A DNA stretch of 64,000 nt, from NCBI GenBank assembly GCA_026394605.1, contig JAPKXY010000024.1, positions 6,729-70,728 on the forward strand. The letters are read 5' to 3'. This DNA is from Methanoregula sp. Lineage in GTDB: Archaea; Halobacteriota; Methanomicrobia; Methanomicrobiales; Methanospirillaceae. Of the stretch, positions 38,171-47,420 are shown piece after piece. Position numbers and translations under genes: made by a program. The notes beneath the pieces were generated by a model that worked only from the letters and a program-made list of their open reading frames with translations, was not told where the DNA came from and searched no databases. The stretch's first letter is position 1, and every line of letters begins with the position of its first letter.

Positions 38171-39169
38171 ATGACTGATCGATCCAAAAAAAAAGTGGTT
38201 CATGGGGGGTATGGAAAGCGGCAGCATGAAAAAACCCAAAAAAACGTGCTGGATTTCAGCGCGAGTACAAATCCTTTTCCTCCCATGGTGTCATGGAGAT
38301 GTGATCCGTTTTTCCTCACCCATTATCCCGATGATAATTATACAGAGCTCAAAGAGGTGATCGGGCAAACCTTTCACCGGAAACCGGAAGAGATCTGCGT
38401 GGGTAACGGATCTATGGAGCTCATCAGGGTCGTTTGCAGTGAACTGTTTGGTCAGTACCATACCTTTTTTACTGAAACACCCACATTCGGAGAATATGAA
38501 TTTTCAGCCCATATTGCCGGCGCAGAAAAAGTAGACGTCCCCTCAAGGGCTGATGTCTGTTTCATCTGCAATCCGAATAACCCGACCGGCACCCTGCGTT
38601 CAAAAGCTGAGATGATCTCCCTTTTAAGGGAAACCGAACGGCGCAATGGGGTACTGTGTGCTGATGAAGCGTTCATCGAGCTTGCCGATCCTGGACAGAG
38701 CCTGGTTGATCAACAAAATGGCTCGCTCATCGTGCTTCGATCCCTGACAAAATGTTTCGCTGTCCCCGGAGTCCGGTTCGGCTACGGGTTTGGTGACCGT
38801 GATCTTATTGAAAAGATGGAGGCAAGGCGTCCGCCATGGAGTGTGAACGCGTATGCGGAGGCGTTTGCCCTGCAGGCATTCCGCCACTATCACGAACTCG
38901 AACAATCCAGAATTTTTATCAAACGCGAACGCACATGGCTTATTGACCATCTTAAGGTGCTCGGATTGTTCTGTGCACCATCCTCGGCAAACTTTCTGCT
39001 TATTGAAACGGGACGCAACGTGGATGAACTCTGTAAAAAATTAGAAACTGTTGACATCCTTGTCCGGGACTGCAAATCGTTTGGTCTGCCAACCTCAATC
39101 CGGATTGCTGTACGCACCCGCGATGAAAACCGCTGTCTTGTGGAGGCACTTGCTGCATGCTTGCGCTGA
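38171..39169 (+). CDS. cobD: Threonine-phosphate decarboxylase (cobalamin biosynthesis; class I/II aminotransferase fold)
   Basis: LDFSASTNPFPP, ICNPNNPTG and LRSLTKCFAVPGVRFGY (PLP Lys) motifs. The ATG at 38171 follows the TTG at 38165. Confidence 0.75.
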   Translation: MTDRSKKKVVHGGYGKRQHEKTQKNVLDFSASTNPFPPMVSWRCDPFFLTHYPDDNYTELKEVIGQTFHRKPEEICVGNGSMELIRVVCSELFGQYHTFFTETPTFGEYEFSAHIAGAEKVDVPSRADVCFICNPNNPTGTLRSKAEMISLLRETERRNGVLCADEAFIELADPGQSLVDQQNGSLIVLRSLTKCFAVPGVRFGYGFGDRDLIEKMEARRPPWSVNAYAEAFALQAFRHYHELEQSRIFIKRERTWLIDHLKVLGLFCAPSSANFLLIETGRNVDELCKKLETVDILVRDCKSFGLPTSIRIAVRTRDENRCLVEALAACLR

Positions 39170-39753
39170 TCATGGCAGGTGGTGAGGGGAGCCGGCTTAA
39201 CCTTGGCGAAAAGCCGCTCGTAACGATAGCCGGGCGACCGATGATTGCCCATGTTATCAGGGCATTCGAACTGTTTGGCTGCCATGTCGTTGTTGTAGCA
39301 TCAGGCAAAACACCCATGACGCAGAACTGGTGCAGGGTGACGGGAATCGATCTTTTCCAGGCAGCAGGAACCGGGTATATCGACGATATGATTGAGGCAG
39401 TTGTTGCACTGGACGAACGACAACCTATCTTTGTCGCTGTTTCTGACCTTCCGTGCCTCAATACCAGTATCCTCGAGACTATTTATAGCGCGTACCGTAA
39501 TTCAAGGAAGGATGCCTGCTCAACCTGGGTGCCGCTTTCCCTTGTCAAAAACCACCATGATATTCAGTATGTTGATAAAATCGACGGCGTTGATGCATGC
39601 CCGTGCGGTGTGAATATCCTCCGCGGTGACAGGATTTCTGTACCGCAGGATGAGTGCCGGATCCTGCTGCACGAACAACGCGTTGCATACAACGTCAATA
39701 CCCGGTCCGATCTTGCGATTGCAGATGCATTTCTTAAAGGTGTGATCGGGTAA
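39157..39753 (+). CDS. cobY: Adenosylcobinamide-phosphate guanylyltransferase (archaeal CobY type)
   Basis: N-terminal LIMAGGEGSRL nucleotidyltransferase motif. It overlaps cobD by 13 nt. Confidence 0.7.
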   Translation: MLALIMAGGEGSRLNLGEKPLVTIAGRPMIAHVIRAFELFGCHVVVVASGKTPMTQNWCRVTGIDLFQAAGTGYIDDMIEAVVALDERQPIFVAVSDLPCLNTSILETIYSAYRNSRKDACSTWVPLSLVKNHHDIQYVDKIDGVDACPCGVNILRGDRISVPQDECRILLHEQRVAYNVNTRSDLAIADAFLKGVIG

Positions 39754-39894
39754 GCGATCGGTTCTGAACCTGTACACGCCCAACAACAATTATCCAATAA
39801 GAACCCCTCTTGGAGCCCCAGAACGAAAAAATACCCTCAAATTCTCCAGATTTAACAGAATACATATTAACCTGCATTTCCAATATTATTATAT

Positions 39895-41130
39895 ATGGTG
39901 GTATCGCAGGAGATCGAACTTTCCGGTCATATTATCGATTCCGGTATCATGACCCAGCTTTTTGACAAGGTCATGGACATGGGCGGCAACTTCGAGATCC
40001 TTGTGTTCGATATCGGGAAGGAAAAAACCGACCCGAGTTACGCACGTTTGCGCATAGCAGCAGCAAACCGGGAAACACTTCGGTTTATCCTCTCCGAGCT
40101 GCACCGGCTCGGTGCCCGCCCCCTTGAGGTAAAGGATGTTCACGTGGTTTCGGCTGATCGTGACCGGGTCAGTTCTAAAGGGTTTTATCTCACAACGAAC
40201 CATCCTACCGACATCAAATGGAATGGGGAATGGATTCCGGTTGAATTCATTGAGATGGATTGCCTGATTGTGATGGATAAGCAGACAAAACGGGCTCTCT
40301 GTACTCCGCTCTCGAAGCTCAGGAAGGGGGACCTTGTTGTTATCGGCGAGCAGGGAGTCCTGGTGCACTATCCCGAGCGCCCCCGCGAGCAGAGCAATTT
40401 CGAGTTTATGCATGGCACCGTTTCATCAGAGCGCCCCAGTATCACACTGATTTCAAAAATTGCACGCGAAATCATTGATGTGCATACAAAAGGCGGCAAA
40501 ATAGTCCTTGTTGGCGGACCTGCCATCATCCATACAGGTGCAGCAAAGGCAGTTGCCGAAATGGTACGGAAAGGCTACATCAACATAGTCTTTGCGGGAA
40601 ATGCGCTTGCGACACATGACATCGAGTACAACCTCTTCGGAACGTCGCTAGGTATGGACCTTTCGACCGGTAAACCGGTGATGGGTGGGCACAGGCACCA
40701 CATTTATGCGATCAATGAGATTATGCGGGCGGGGTCAATCAGGCAGGCGGTGGAAAAGGGGGTAATTAATGGCGGGATCATGTTTGAATGCATAAAAAAT
40801 AATGTCCCGTTCGTACTTGCCGGCTCTATCCGCGATGACGGTCCGCTGCCGGATGTCATTACCGATGTGGTTGCCGCACAGGAGGCGATGCGCAGGCACG
40901 TCGCAGGTTGCAGCATGGTGCTCATGGTTGCAACACTGCTGCATTCCGTCGCCGTTGGCAACTGTCTCCCGTCAAGCGTGAAAACCATCTGCGTTGATAT
41001 CAACCCTGCGTCGCTCACCAAACTGATGGATCGCGGGACTATGCAGGCGATCGGTATCGTTTCCGATGCCGGCACCTTTTTCCCGCTGCTTGCAGACCAG
41101 CTGGAAATTCAGGAAAGGGGGAATAAATAA
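39895..41130 (+). CDS. TIGR00300-family protein (LOR/SDH-like conserved region)
   Basis: 411-aa product whose N-terminal pattern EIELSGHIIDSGIMTQLFDKVMDMGG.FEI is typical of this archaeal family. Confidence 0.6.
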   Translation: MVVSQEIELSGHIIDSGIMTQLFDKVMDMGGNFEILVFDIGKEKTDPSYARLRIAAANRETLRFILSELHRLGARPLEVKDVHVVSADRDRVSSKGFYLTTNHPTDIKWNGEWIPVEFIEMDCLIVMDKQTKRALCTPLSKLRKGDLVVIGEQGVLVHYPERPREQSNFEFMHGTVSSERPSITLISKIAREIIDVHTKGGKIVLVGGPAIIHTGAAKAVAEMVRKGYINIVFAGNALATHDIEYNLFGTSLGMDLSTGKPVMGGHRHHIYAINEIMRAGSIRQAVEKGVINGGIMFECIKNNVPFVLAGSIRDDGPLPDVITDVVAAQEAMRRHVAGCSMVLMVATLLHSVAVGNCLPSSVKTICVDINPASLTKLMDRGTMQAIGIVSDAGTFFPLLADQLEIQERGNK

Positions 41131-41134
41131 CAAT

Positions 41135-42136
41135 TCAGCGTGTGAGCGGCATACAGAACGGCATCTCCTGATCCAGTACGTGGTGCCATTCCTCTTTACA
41201 TGCGCATTCGGTTTCCAGCATCGATGCGATCAGTTCACGATCACCATTGAGGGAATAATCGCGAATTCCCTGGACGATTACCTTGTCGCAACTTCCGCAG
41301 TTGTGGGGACCACGCTTTCTTCCTCCTCCCACCGGATCACAGGTGATGGGAACCGGGGTGTCATCCAGTACTGAAAGAACGCTCCAGAGATATGGCGGAC
41401 GGTAGGCCCCCTGCCTCCAGTACCATTCAAGTTCGGTGTGGCCCTGAACGGTGCAGGGGTTCATGGAAATCAGATCAGTATGATGCAACACATCGTAAAT
41501 TGAGGACTTCATATCATCAATCGCCTCCCGCTCTGTTAAAAAGAGTGGTTTTAACAAAAGGTACGCCTTCACACCGGCACCAAGCGTTTGTGCATGCCTG
41601 GCAGCTCCAATGAAGTCTTTATACAAAAATCCTTTCCTGATACATTTTTCCCGTACCCTGTCGTCAGATGTTTCAAGCCCTATTGCACAATACAGGGGCG
41701 TATTCCAGCTCCCGTCATCAATTTCCCCAAGAAATGGTATGATGGTCTCATCAGTTACAAACTCGGGGCGTGTTTCGGCAATTACCAGCTTTCCGCGAAA
41801 CGCTGCAGCAATTTTCTGCATGACTGAACGGGGGATCTCCAATAAATCGAAAAAACTTCCCGACGTAAAGATCTTCACCATCTGGTAATCATGGGGGCGG
41901 TACCGCTCCTGCACCCATGCCAGCTGGGAAAGCAGGTGACGCTCCTGTCCCATAATTGACTCCATTGAGGCAAATCGCTCGTGCCGGTAACCGCACATCA
42001 GGCATTGGTTCCAGGCACACCCGGCTGTCTTGAAAATCACGGTCAAGCATTCGAGGATTGTGCCATTATGCCGCTCCTTTCCACGCCAGCAGGCAAGCGG
42101 ACGTTCGTGCCCTTCAGAAATCATTAACATTCTCAT
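41135..42136 (-). CDS. Radical-SAM protein, TIGR01210/RaSEA family (archaeosine biosynthesis)
   Basis: LACWRGKER...FKTAGCAWNQCLMCGY cluster motif. The start was set at MRMLMISEG (42136) to avoid overlap with the divergent gene. Confidence 0.65.
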   Translation of the reverse strand: MRMLMISEGHERPLACWRGKERHNGTILECLTVIFKTAGCAWNQCLMCGYRHERFASMESIMGQERHLLSQLAWVQERYRPHDYQMVKIFTSGSFFDLLEIPRSVMQKIAAAFRGKLVIAETRPEFVTDETIIPFLGEIDDGSWNTPLYCAIGLETSDDRVREKCIRKGFLYKDFIGAARHAQTLGAGVKAYLLLKPLFLTEREAIDDMKSSIYDVLHHTDLISMNPCTVQGHTELEWYWRQGAYRPPYLWSVLSVLDDTPVPITCDPVGGGRKRGPHNCGSCDKVIVQGIRDYSLNGDRELIASMLETECACKEEWHHVLDQEMPFCMPLTR

Positions 42137-42152
42137 AGTTAACCTTATTATA

Positions 42153-42914
42153 ATGAATAAGTTCGTCCTGCTGGCGCTGGGACTTTTCTTTTTATCGGGC
42201 ATCGCCTCTGCGTATCAAATCAACATCTATGCACCGGAGACGCTGGCAGTTGGAAAACCCCTCATCGTCACAGGCACGACGACATTCGGTGTTGGCACTC
42301 CTATCGATGTCGTTCTTTATCACCAGCTCACGACCAGCAGTGAGGCGGGGCGTGAAATCGCGTATGTCCAGTCCGACAAGACCTTCAGGGTCATTTTCGA
42401 CACCACAACCCTCAGAAAAGGAGCGTATAAAGTAGAAGTCCCGGCAACCGGGCTGGGGGATTCCATCACGATGCGACTGGTCGAGCTCGTTGACAGGAAC
42501 GATGAAATCCAGATAAGCTCTTCGGAACAGATGCTGTTTAACGGGACGCTCGCTCTTGCCGGAACCCTGAAAGGGAACCAGAACTCAGGTGTCCAGATCG
42601 AAGTTACCGGGCCTGACGGCAGCCGGATCCTGGGTCCGCAGTACATCAGTACCAACAACCAGGGTTACTTTTTTATCGAGATCCCTATTACCCTGACCGG
42701 AGTGTATGATGTGAGTTTTACCGATGCAAAGGGATTTATTGGTACACGGAACGTATCGGTCATTGGCACTGGCACAACGGTTCTTCCCACGATAACCGGT
42801 TCAGGTACTCCTTCCGGCAACAGCCAGATACCATCAGCAACCAAAAAGGCACCAATCCCCGTCCTGCTGGGGATTGCTGCCCTCATGTATTCAATCTTCT
42901 TCAGGCACCATTGA
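42153..42914 (+). CDS. Secreted cell-surface protein with C-terminal TM anchor
   Basis: The internal ATG at 42153 gives the signal peptide MNKFVLLALGLFFLSGIASA. The body is beta-rich, followed by a T/S/G linker and the C-terminal PIPVLLGIAALMYSIFFRHH. Confidence 0.6.
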   Translation: MNKFVLLALGLFFLSGIASAYQINIYAPETLAVGKPLIVTGTTTFGVGTPIDVVLYHQLTTSSEAGREIAYVQSDKTFRVIFDTTTLRKGAYKVEVPATGLGDSITMRLVELVDRNDEIQISSSEQMLFNGTLALAGTLKGNQNSGVQIEVTGPDGSRILGPQYISTNNQGYFFIEIPITLTGVYDVSFTDAKGFIGTRNVSVIGTGTTVLPTITGSGTPSGNSQIPSATKKAPIPVLLGIAALMYSIFFRHH

Positions 42915-43018
42915 TGCAGCCCTGGAAATAACGGGACGATGCATCAAATGAGATGAAAACGGCCAATGGCAGAGAAAGAAGCATTTTTAGGATTAAACGC
43001 CAAAAGTGTATTTCACAT

Positions 43019-43103
43019 GCCGGGGTAGTCTAGTCCGGGAAGGCGTTGGTCTTGAAAACCAATGGTGCCCTGCACCTCAAGAGTTCAAATCTCTTCCCCG
43101 GCG
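43019..43103 (+). tRNA. tRNA-Ser (anticodon UGA)
   Basis: Acceptor GCCGGGG/CCCCGGC. Anticodon stem TTGGT/ACCAA with loop CTTGAAA. Long variable arm GGTGC-CCT-GCACC. T-arm AAGAG-TTCAAAT-CTCTT. Confidence 0.9.
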
Positions 43104-43236
43104 TCAGGTACGTTTTCTGGGATTTTTCTGGCAAAAAAGGATACCGGCATGCACCGCTCTTTCGGATGGTTCCTATCACTGTTTTTATGTGATGAGAACT
43201 CCCAACGTATATGTCAGACTAGAGCGTGAATCATCG

Positions 43237-43461
43237 ATGTGCGTTGCAGTCCCCGCTGAAGTGCTGGAAATAAAGGAGGGTAACATCGGGCTGGTCGATT
43301 ACGGCGAGCTGACGCAGGAGGTCCGGCTCGACCTTGTGGATGTAAAAGTAGGGGAGTTCGTGCTCGTCCATGTCGGCTTTGCGATCCAGCGGCTCTCCCG
43401 TGAAGAGGGTCTTGAGACCCGCGAACTGTTCAAACAGGTCTACGCGGCGATGGAGGAGTGA
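43237..43461 (+). CDS. hypC: Hydrogenase maturation chaperone HypC
   Basis: The internal ATG gives the MCVAVPAEV N-terminus, the canonical HypC Cys2 motif. The product is 74 aa. Confidence 0.85.
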   Translation: MCVAVPAEVLEIKEGNIGLVDYGELTQEVRLDLVDVKVGEFVLVHVGFAIQRLSREEGLETRELFKQVYAAMEE

Positions 43462-43799
43462 TGCACGAGTACAGCATCGCGTATGACCTGTACACAACTG
43501 CACGCAAAGCGGCAATTGAACACAAGGCAGACAGGGTGAATAAGGTCTGCGTGGAAGTCGGGAAGATAGCGATGGTGAACCCGGAACAGGTTGCTTTTCT
43601 GTTTGATACCATCAAAGAAGATGACCCCCTTTTCACAAAAACGCTCCTTGAATGTAACGAGATTCCACCGCAGACTACATGCATATGCGGGTACGAAGGT
43701 GATGAGATCTTCGTGTGCCCCCGTTGCGGTGCGCTGCCCGAAATGGTGAAAGGCAGGGAGATTGTTGTGACCAACATTGTGATCGAGGTGGATGACTGA
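43458..43799 (+). CDS. hypA: Hydrogenase nickel-insertion protein HypA
   Basis: MHEYSIA N-terminus, a C-terminal zinc site CICG...CPRCG, and an ATGA overlap with hypC. Confidence 0.85.
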   Translation: MMHEYSIAYDLYTTARKAAIEHKADRVNKVCVEVGKIAMVNPEQVAFLFDTIKEDDPLFTKTLLECNEIPPQTTCICGYEGDEIFVCPRCGALPEMVKGREIVVTNIVIEVDD

Positions 43800-44794
43800 T
43801 GAAAGTCACACTGATGCACGGGGCGGGCGGGGAGGTGATGGGAGAACTCCTGCAGGTACTGACCAAATTCTCCCATAACAATGCCGGAGGCATCGGGCTT
43901 GAGGCTCTCGATGACGGTGCAGTGATACCGTTTCACGGCACCAATCTGGTTTTTACGACCGACTCTCATGTGGTCAGACCAATCTTTTTTCCGGGCGGTG
44001 ACATCGGAAGGATTGCTGTCTGCGGTACAGTGAACGACCTTGCGGTCATGGGAGGGCGTCCGATTGCTCTCTCCTGCGGCATGATTATCGAGGAAGGATT
44101 TGATGTAGGGGACCTTGCACGGATCGTTGCGTCCATGGATGAAGCACTCGGTGAAGCAGGAGCGAACCTCGTCACCGGCGATACCAAGGTGATGGAGAAG
44201 GGGGCTCTGGACGGGATCGTAATTAATACAGCGGGGATCGGCGTTGCAGAAACGGTGGTGCGGGACAACGGGCTTATGCCTGGAGATGCAATTATCGTGA
44301 GCGGTACCCTTGGCGATCACGGGATCGCGATCATGGCGCACCGCGAAGGCTTTGATCTCGGTGAACAGATAAGGTCTGATGTCGCACCCATCTGGGGAAT
44401 GGTTGAGAATGCGCTCAAAGCGGGCCGAATCCATGCAATGAAGGATCCAACGCGGGGTGGATTTGCGAGCGCGATCAATGATATGGCTAAGAAGAGCGGA
44501 GTCTGCGTTCGGGTAAAAGAGGAACAGCTCCCGATAAAAAAGAGCGTCAGGAGCGCTTCCGGCATGCTCGGCATCGACCCCCTTGAAGTTGCAAATGAGG
44601 GAAAGGTTATAATGGGAGTTCCGCCGGGGGACGTGGATGTTATCCTTACCGCTCTCCGGTGCCACAAATATGGCAGGGAGGCGGCAGTAGTCGGCACGGT
44701 GACTCAGGGTGCCCACGTGATTATGGAGACCTCGATTGGCGGTGAGCGGTTCATCGAGCCACCGATGGGTGATCCGGTGCCACGGGTGTGCTGA
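43799..44794 (+). CDS. hypE: Hydrogenase maturation carbamoyl dehydratase HypE
   Basis: 331-aa AIR-synthase-like protein with the C-terminal PRVC motif. Confidence 0.85.
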   Translation: MKVTLMHGAGGEVMGELLQVLTKFSHNNAGGIGLEALDDGAVIPFHGTNLVFTTDSHVVRPIFFPGGDIGRIAVCGTVNDLAVMGGRPIALSCGMIIEEGFDVGDLARIVASMDEALGEAGANLVTGDTKVMEKGALDGIVINTAGIGVAETVVRDNGLMPGDAIIVSGTLGDHGIAIMAHREGFDLGEQIRSDVAPIWGMVENALKAGRIHAMKDPTRGGFASAINDMAKKSGVCVRVKEEQLPIKKSVRSASGMLGIDPLEVANEGKVIMGVPPGDVDVILTALRCHKYGREAAVVGTVTQGAHVIMETSIGGERFIEPPMGDPVPRVC

Positions 44795-44797
44795 TCG

Positions 44798-44804
44798 TTT
44801 TTTT
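44798..44804 (+). terminator. Oligo-T tract (T7) after hypE
   Basis: A T7 run begins 4 nt after the hypE stop. Confidence 0.4.
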
Positions 44805-44924
44805 CCTGCATACATATCTTATTCTGGTAGGACAGCCCACCTGCTTCCGGTCCGGGTTTTTTATTTTTAAAACAATGTCCTTAATAAATTTCAAGAATAT
44901 AGATAATCTGTACATTTCACGGAG

Positions 44925-45965
44925 ATGAGTATGAAACCAACCGATCACCAACCAGCCAGAGCACCTGAGAAACCAGCCCAACGAGTTTTTGGCAAAGGAA
45001 TGATTGTGGGCATTTGTATCATCATCGTTATCGCTGCATTTTTTATTGTTTTCATCATTACCAGCGGTTCTGGTGCATCCTCAACCGTTTCTCCGCAAAC
45101 CTGCGGGCAGACTGTGATTGCATACCTGAACAGCAACCTTGTCCAGCAGGGAACTTCTGCTGAGCTGGTGACTGTCACAGAAAAAAATGGTGTCTATGAG
45201 ATCATGACACGCTATCAGGCACGCGATATCCAGCTGTATACAACAAAGGATTGCAGCCTTTTATTCACGAACACAATCCCGATTAATGCTTCCGGCGGGT
45301 GCAACAGTCAGGCAACCACCTGCGCCGGAACGCAGCCCCAGCAGACACCAACACCGGCAGATCCGATAAAATCCGCCCGTCCAACCGTTGATCTGTACGT
45401 GATGTCCTTCTGCCCGTACGGTGTCCAGGCAGAGACCGCAATGCTGCCGCTCTTTGACCTGCTCGGCAAAAAAGCTGATATTGCAATCAGGTATATCGCA
45501 ACGGTGCAGGGTTCCAGCATCGACACTGTCCAGTCTCTTCACGGCACAAGCGAAGCACAGGAGGACGCACGGCAGCTCTGCATTGCACGTCACTTCCCGG
45601 ACAAATTCCTGCGCTATCTGTCTGCATTTAACGAACAGTGCTATCCGATGTCATCCGATGCAGCCAGACTTGTATCCTGCCAAAAGAATGTGACCGCAGT
45701 GCTGGGCATCCCTGACGCAACTGTGGAACAATGCGCAGCAGGCAGTGAGGGGATTTTGTTATTGAAAGCGGACGAGACCCGATCAACTACCAACAGGGTT
45801 TCAGGGTCACCGACTCTGCTGATCAACGGGCAGGTGTATAGTGGTGCACGGACACCGGAAGCCTATAAGCAGGCGATATGTGCTCACTTTGATGTGGCAC
45901 CCCCAGAGTGCTCAACGACGCTATCCTCACAGAGTGCGGTGGGTGCTTCCGGCGGGTGCGGGTAA
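44925..45965 (+). CDS. Membrane-anchored extracytoplasmic thioredoxin-fold (DsbA/GILT-like) Cys-rich protein
   Basis: N-terminal TM anchor, a VDLYVMSFCPYGVQAE motif in thioredoxin-fold position, many additional Cys residues, and GSPTLLINGQ near the C-terminus. Confidence 0.55.
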   Translation: MSMKPTDHQPARAPEKPAQRVFGKGMIVGICIIIVIAAFFIVFIITSGSGASSTVSPQTCGQTVIAYLNSNLVQQGTSAELVTVTEKNGVYEIMTRYQARDIQLYTTKDCSLLFTNTIPINASGGCNSQATTCAGTQPQQTPTPADPIKSARPTVDLYVMSFCPYGVQAETAMLPLFDLLGKKADIAIRYIATVQGSSIDTVQSLHGTSEAQEDARQLCIARHFPDKFLRYLSAFNEQCYPMSSDAARLVSCQKNVTAVLGIPDATVEQCAAGSEGILLLKADETRSTTNRVSGSPTLLINGQVYSGARTPEAYKQAICAHFDVAPPECSTTLSSQSAVGASGGCG

Positions 45966-46047
45966 CAACGTTCTTTATTTTTGCGTTTCGATCAAAAAAA
46001 TAGCCCTACAACCCTTTTTAGGTTTTTCGCAAATGATTACAACACGC

Positions 46048-46602
46048 TTATTCAATATGCTTCATCAACAGCTCGAGCGCTTCTATCTCCCGTTTCCCGC
46101 CACACTTCCGTACGATTCCCGCATGGTAATTGATCATTTTTTTCAGTTCCGGGCCCCGTGAGATCACATACCGTGTCCCGTGCACCGTCGCATCGATGAT
46201 GCTGTTGAACCCCCGGTTTATCGGGTGTACGAGAGGAGATAATACATCTTCTTTGAGGAGATGAAGCCGGATCGCCATCGACTCAGTCCCCCGTCGTTCT
46301 ATGACTGCTTCAAACGCTGCCCACGCTTCTGCTTTTGCAAGCCGGACCATAACCGTTCCATTCACCTTCTCTTCAATAAATGCATCCCGGTTGAGATCGG
46401 TAAAAGCGGTCTGTACGTAGAGTACCGGGTCATGGACGATATTTGCTACAACCCAGCGGTCTCGCTCTATATTCTGTGCCGTGTGGCTACCTGCAAAGAT
46501 CCCCATCCGTATCAATTCGTTGCGGCAGATGATCCCCATCGGTGCGGCGTTAAACGCGGTGGTGGCGATCACTTCGTTTATGCCGTCACTCAAAAGTCCC
46601 AT
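46048..46602 (-). CDS. DUF447-family protein (FMN-binding split-barrel-like; methanopterin-linked family)
   Basis: The start was set at MGLLSDGINEVIATT (46602). The upstream extension in the track is His/Arg/Cys-rich and looks like junk. Confidence 0.6.
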   Translation of the reverse strand: MGLLSDGINEVIATTAFNAAPMGIICRNELIRMGIFAGSHTAQNIERDRWVVANIVHDPVLYVQTAFTDLNRDAFIEEKVNGTVMVRLAKAEAWAAFEAVIERRGTESMAIRLHLLKEDVLSPLVHPINRGFNSIIDATVHGTRYVISRGPELKKMINYHAGIVRKCGGKREIEALELLMKHIE

Positions 46603-47420
46603 TTCCAGCCTTCTCCAAGCGCGATGTATATGGCAGCGATGATGATGTCGGCAATGGAGCCAGGGTTGATGCCATTCTCGATACATTCCGCATCAAAGAC
46701 CTCGATTGGAACCTTTCCGTCCAGCACCTCGCGGGCACTCAGGACGGTACGCTGCGCTGCGACGAGCCCATGCTCCTTGATGATGAACGTGTCCAGTTCA
46801 GTTGCAAGGAGAGTAAGAAACGCCTTGACAATTGCCTGCCTGCCCGGTCCTAGCGATACAATAAGGTCGGCACCGCGGCGGGTGAGCGGGAACCCCGTCA
46901 CCCATTCGCGTGCAACCATGTCATTTGGCGCAGAGTGGTTCATCACATCCAGCAGCGTCATCTCACGGTCGCGCAGTATCTGGAGTGAACGTGGGTCGTG
47001 TACATCGAGTTCATCGCTCTCGTGCATTCTCACGTGGGTCATTCCGAACGCTTTGTAAAATGCTACGGCGTCCGAGACATCAGTTTTCCCGATCGCTGTT
47101 TTCGCCCCTGCTATATCGCCTCCATACACGAGCGGTATGAGCAGGATGAATGCACCGAAGTGTGTGTTACCCCCATCATGGTAACACGTCGCAGCAACGG
47201 CATGCTTGATGATCTCGCCAATCCTCCCCTCACCCCGCTCAGCTTCTTCGAGTGCGGGGCGTGCATAGATTGTGGACGCGAGGAAATGTTCGAGCCAGGT
47301 CCGCTCATAATCGTGGCAGCGATCGACGTTTCCCGGCTTGGGGTACGCACAGACTTCCAGCATCATCGCAAGCTGTGCCCGTTCAGCCCGCGTCATCATG
47401 TGGCATGTCATGGAACACAC
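46590..47420 (-). CDS. Triphosphoribosyl-dephospho-CoA synthase (CitG/MdcB)-like protein
   Basis: LEVCAYPKPGNVDR motif typical of the CitG family. The start is uncertain (47420, 47399 or 47396). Confidence 0.7.
   Translation of the reverse strand: MCSMTCHMMTRAERAQLAMMLEVCAYPKPGNVDRCHDYERTWLEHFLASTIYARPALEEAERGEGRIGEIIKHAVAATCYHDGGNTHFGAFILLIPLVYGGDIAGAKTAIGKTDVSDAVAFYKAFGMTHVRMHESDELDVHDPRSLQILRDREMTLLDVMNHSAPNDMVAREWVTGFPLTRRGADLIVSLGPGRQAIVKAFLTLLATELDTFIIKEHGLVAAQRTVLSAREVLDGKVPIEVFDAECIENGINPGSIADIIIAAIYIALGEGWKWDF

Noticed and set aside
43430-44815. A 461-aa minus-strand ORF covering hypA and hypE.
   Set aside because: It is antisense to two genes with clear family motifs. Its translation is Arg/His/Pro/Ser-rich and motif-free. 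This is a typical shadow ORF in GC-rich coding DNA.
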